DNA from: Chiloscyllium plagiosum
Taxonomy: Eukaryota
Assembly: GCF_004010195.1 (NCBI RefSeq)
Contig: NC_057718.1
Span: 6,135,988 to 6,199,987, forward strand
Direction: 5' to 3'
DNA length: 64,000 bases
Shown here: positions 62,601 to 64,000 of the stretch, in pieces
Layout of the letters: the number at the start of each line of letters is the position of its first letter
Numbering within the stretch: the stretch's first letter is position 1
The notes under the pieces: generated by a model
Told to the model about the DNA's origin: nothing
What the model saw: the letters and a program-made list of their open reading frames with translations, nothing else
Database searches by the model: none
Program-made: the position numbers and the translations under genes

Positions 62601-63309
62601 CCCCTGACCCCAGAGTATTAACATGCAGCACCGAATTACCAATCCAATCACACTACCATGGTCTCCATGGCCCCACACTCAGAGGGTTTCCTACTGTCAA
62701 CAATTACCCTCCATTACAACAGGACGCACTGGTTACACACTTGGCTGAATGTTGCCGTGAAGTTGAGGAGACCTACTCTTGCTTTTCCAGTTTAATTCAG
62801 CTTGTGTTATGTCTGGGTCAAGTGACTTTTGATAGGATTCAAACTGATGTGGGCAGGCTATTGGTAACTTATGCTATTTCATGCTGGCGTGGTTAATTCC
62901 TTCCAACAACTGATTAGGATAAAGCTGAATAAGATAGTGGCTAACCAAATTAGTTGATTTGTCTTAATAAGACATATTTGGGGATCCAACACACACATTG
63001 AGTACAGCTAGTGTTCATAACTGTCCGAGAACAGCTTGGAACATGGAACAGATTAATCTAATACATATGTCTTGCACTGAGAGGAGTTCCCTTCCCTCAG
63101 TGTTATGAGAGATGAACCAAACAGACAGGACACCAGGATCGAAGATGGCAAGGATCTCAGAAACAAGTTGAGTAATGTCAAGCATTTTGGGCATTTGAGC
63201 ATTTATCACTGAAAACATTTTCAAACACATTGACCCAATGTATGCCCGGGCAATATTCTTCCTCTGTTGATTCTCTTTGTCCACCACTAACTGCAGTTCC
63301 TGCAGTGAA

Positions 63310-63730
63310 GGGATTTTCTTACAAGAATAGGTTGAGCAGATTGGAACTATACTTGTTGGAGTTCAGCAGAATGAGGGGTGATCTCAGTGAAACATATAAG
63401 ATTTGAAGGGGTCTTGACAGGGTCGATGTTGAGATGTTTCCTCTCATTGAGAATCTAAAACTTAGGGGTATTGTTTCAAAGTAAAAGGCCCCCATTTAAA
63501 GTGGAAGAAAAGAAGTGATCTCTCAGAGAGTCCACGAGTTTTTAAATTTTCTTTCATACAGAACTGCGGAGTTAGAGTCATTGAAATATTCAGGGTTGAG
63601 GTAAACCGACTTTTTTTTAATCTGCAAAGAAGTCAGGTGTTATGGAGCAAGTGGGTCACTCATGATCTTACTGGTTGATGGAGCAGACTCCGTGGGTTAA
63701 AACATCTACTCCTTCGCCTATTCCTTGTGA
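63310..63730 (+). mobile_element. CR1 3' fragment, old
   Basis: LSRLELYLLEFSRMRGDLSETYKI. Confidence 0.7.
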
Positions 63731-64000
63731 TCTTATTTACTTTCTTCACTCCTTCATGGGATCAGGCTGTTCCAGTATTATCGTTCCCACTTTTCCTTGA
63801 GGTAATGGGCAATGAATCACCTCTTTGAATTTAACTGCATGGGTCACTTGGCCATTTCAAAGGACTCTTAAGGTCAACTCATTTTCCACCCTGAAGGGAC
63901 AGTTGTGAAACTGATTTTTTAAAAATATATTGGTCCGTTAATTTCCAGACATGGAGGTGCCAGTATTGGACTGGGGCAGACAATGTCAGAAGTCACTTGA

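Larger units (their letters stand above)
1..64000 (-). other. COL12A1: Collagen type XII alpha-1 gene, internal portion (FN3 repeats ~10-18); gene extends beyond both window ends
   Basis: 18 exons with canonical AG/GT boundaries and compatible phases splice into one 2329-nt open frame of tandem FN3 domains. Motifs recognisable as collagen XII include [43 protein letters not shown] and [20 protein letters not shown]. Confidence 0.95.

Noticed and set aside
61240..63290. Unexplained unique-looking sequence with short ORFs, including a possible ancient repeat near 62690-62765
   Set aside because: No recognisable domain, splice pattern or repeat structure that I can support without a search.
57546..64000. 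Next upstream COL12A1 exon
   Set aside because: I found no FN3 first-half exon with valid splice sites; it presumably lies beyond the window.
1..64000. CRISPR array or prokaryotic system
   Set aside because: This is eukaryotic intron-exon DNA; the recurring repeats are dispersed TE copies, not regularly spaced repeat-spacer units.

Overview
Vertebrate genomic DNA, inferred to be from a cartilaginous fish (shark, probably bamboo/epaulette-type) from its HE1 SINEs, Deu-domain SINEs, CR1 LINEs and Penelope repeats. The whole window lies inside one minus-strand gene, collagen XII alpha-1 (COL12A1). I traced by hand 18 GT-AG coding exons from 57545 down to 47. They total 2329 nt in one uninterrupted frame and encode the second half of FN3 repeat ~10 through FN3 repeat ~18. 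They include a 27-nt micro-exon (44777-44803) and several exons absent from the ORF track. The introns are full of decayed transposons: CR1 3' fragments, a second LINE with a partner tRNA-SINE, HE1 and Deu SINEs, a solo LTR, a Tigger-like MITE and many Penelope-like (GIY-YIG) relics. The most notable non-coding signal is that the Penelope termini, from at least four subfamilies, carry minimal type I hammerhead-ribozyme motifs (CUGANGA-stem II-GAAA-palindromic stem III-NUH). Many occur as short head-to-head palindromic non-autonomous elements. One has become a 112-bp near-perfect inverted repeat that includes a copy of flanking DNA, about 145 nt upstream of an exon. Most ORF-track entries are spurious or TE fragments. 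All repeat family calls are from recalled consensus motifs, not database searches.
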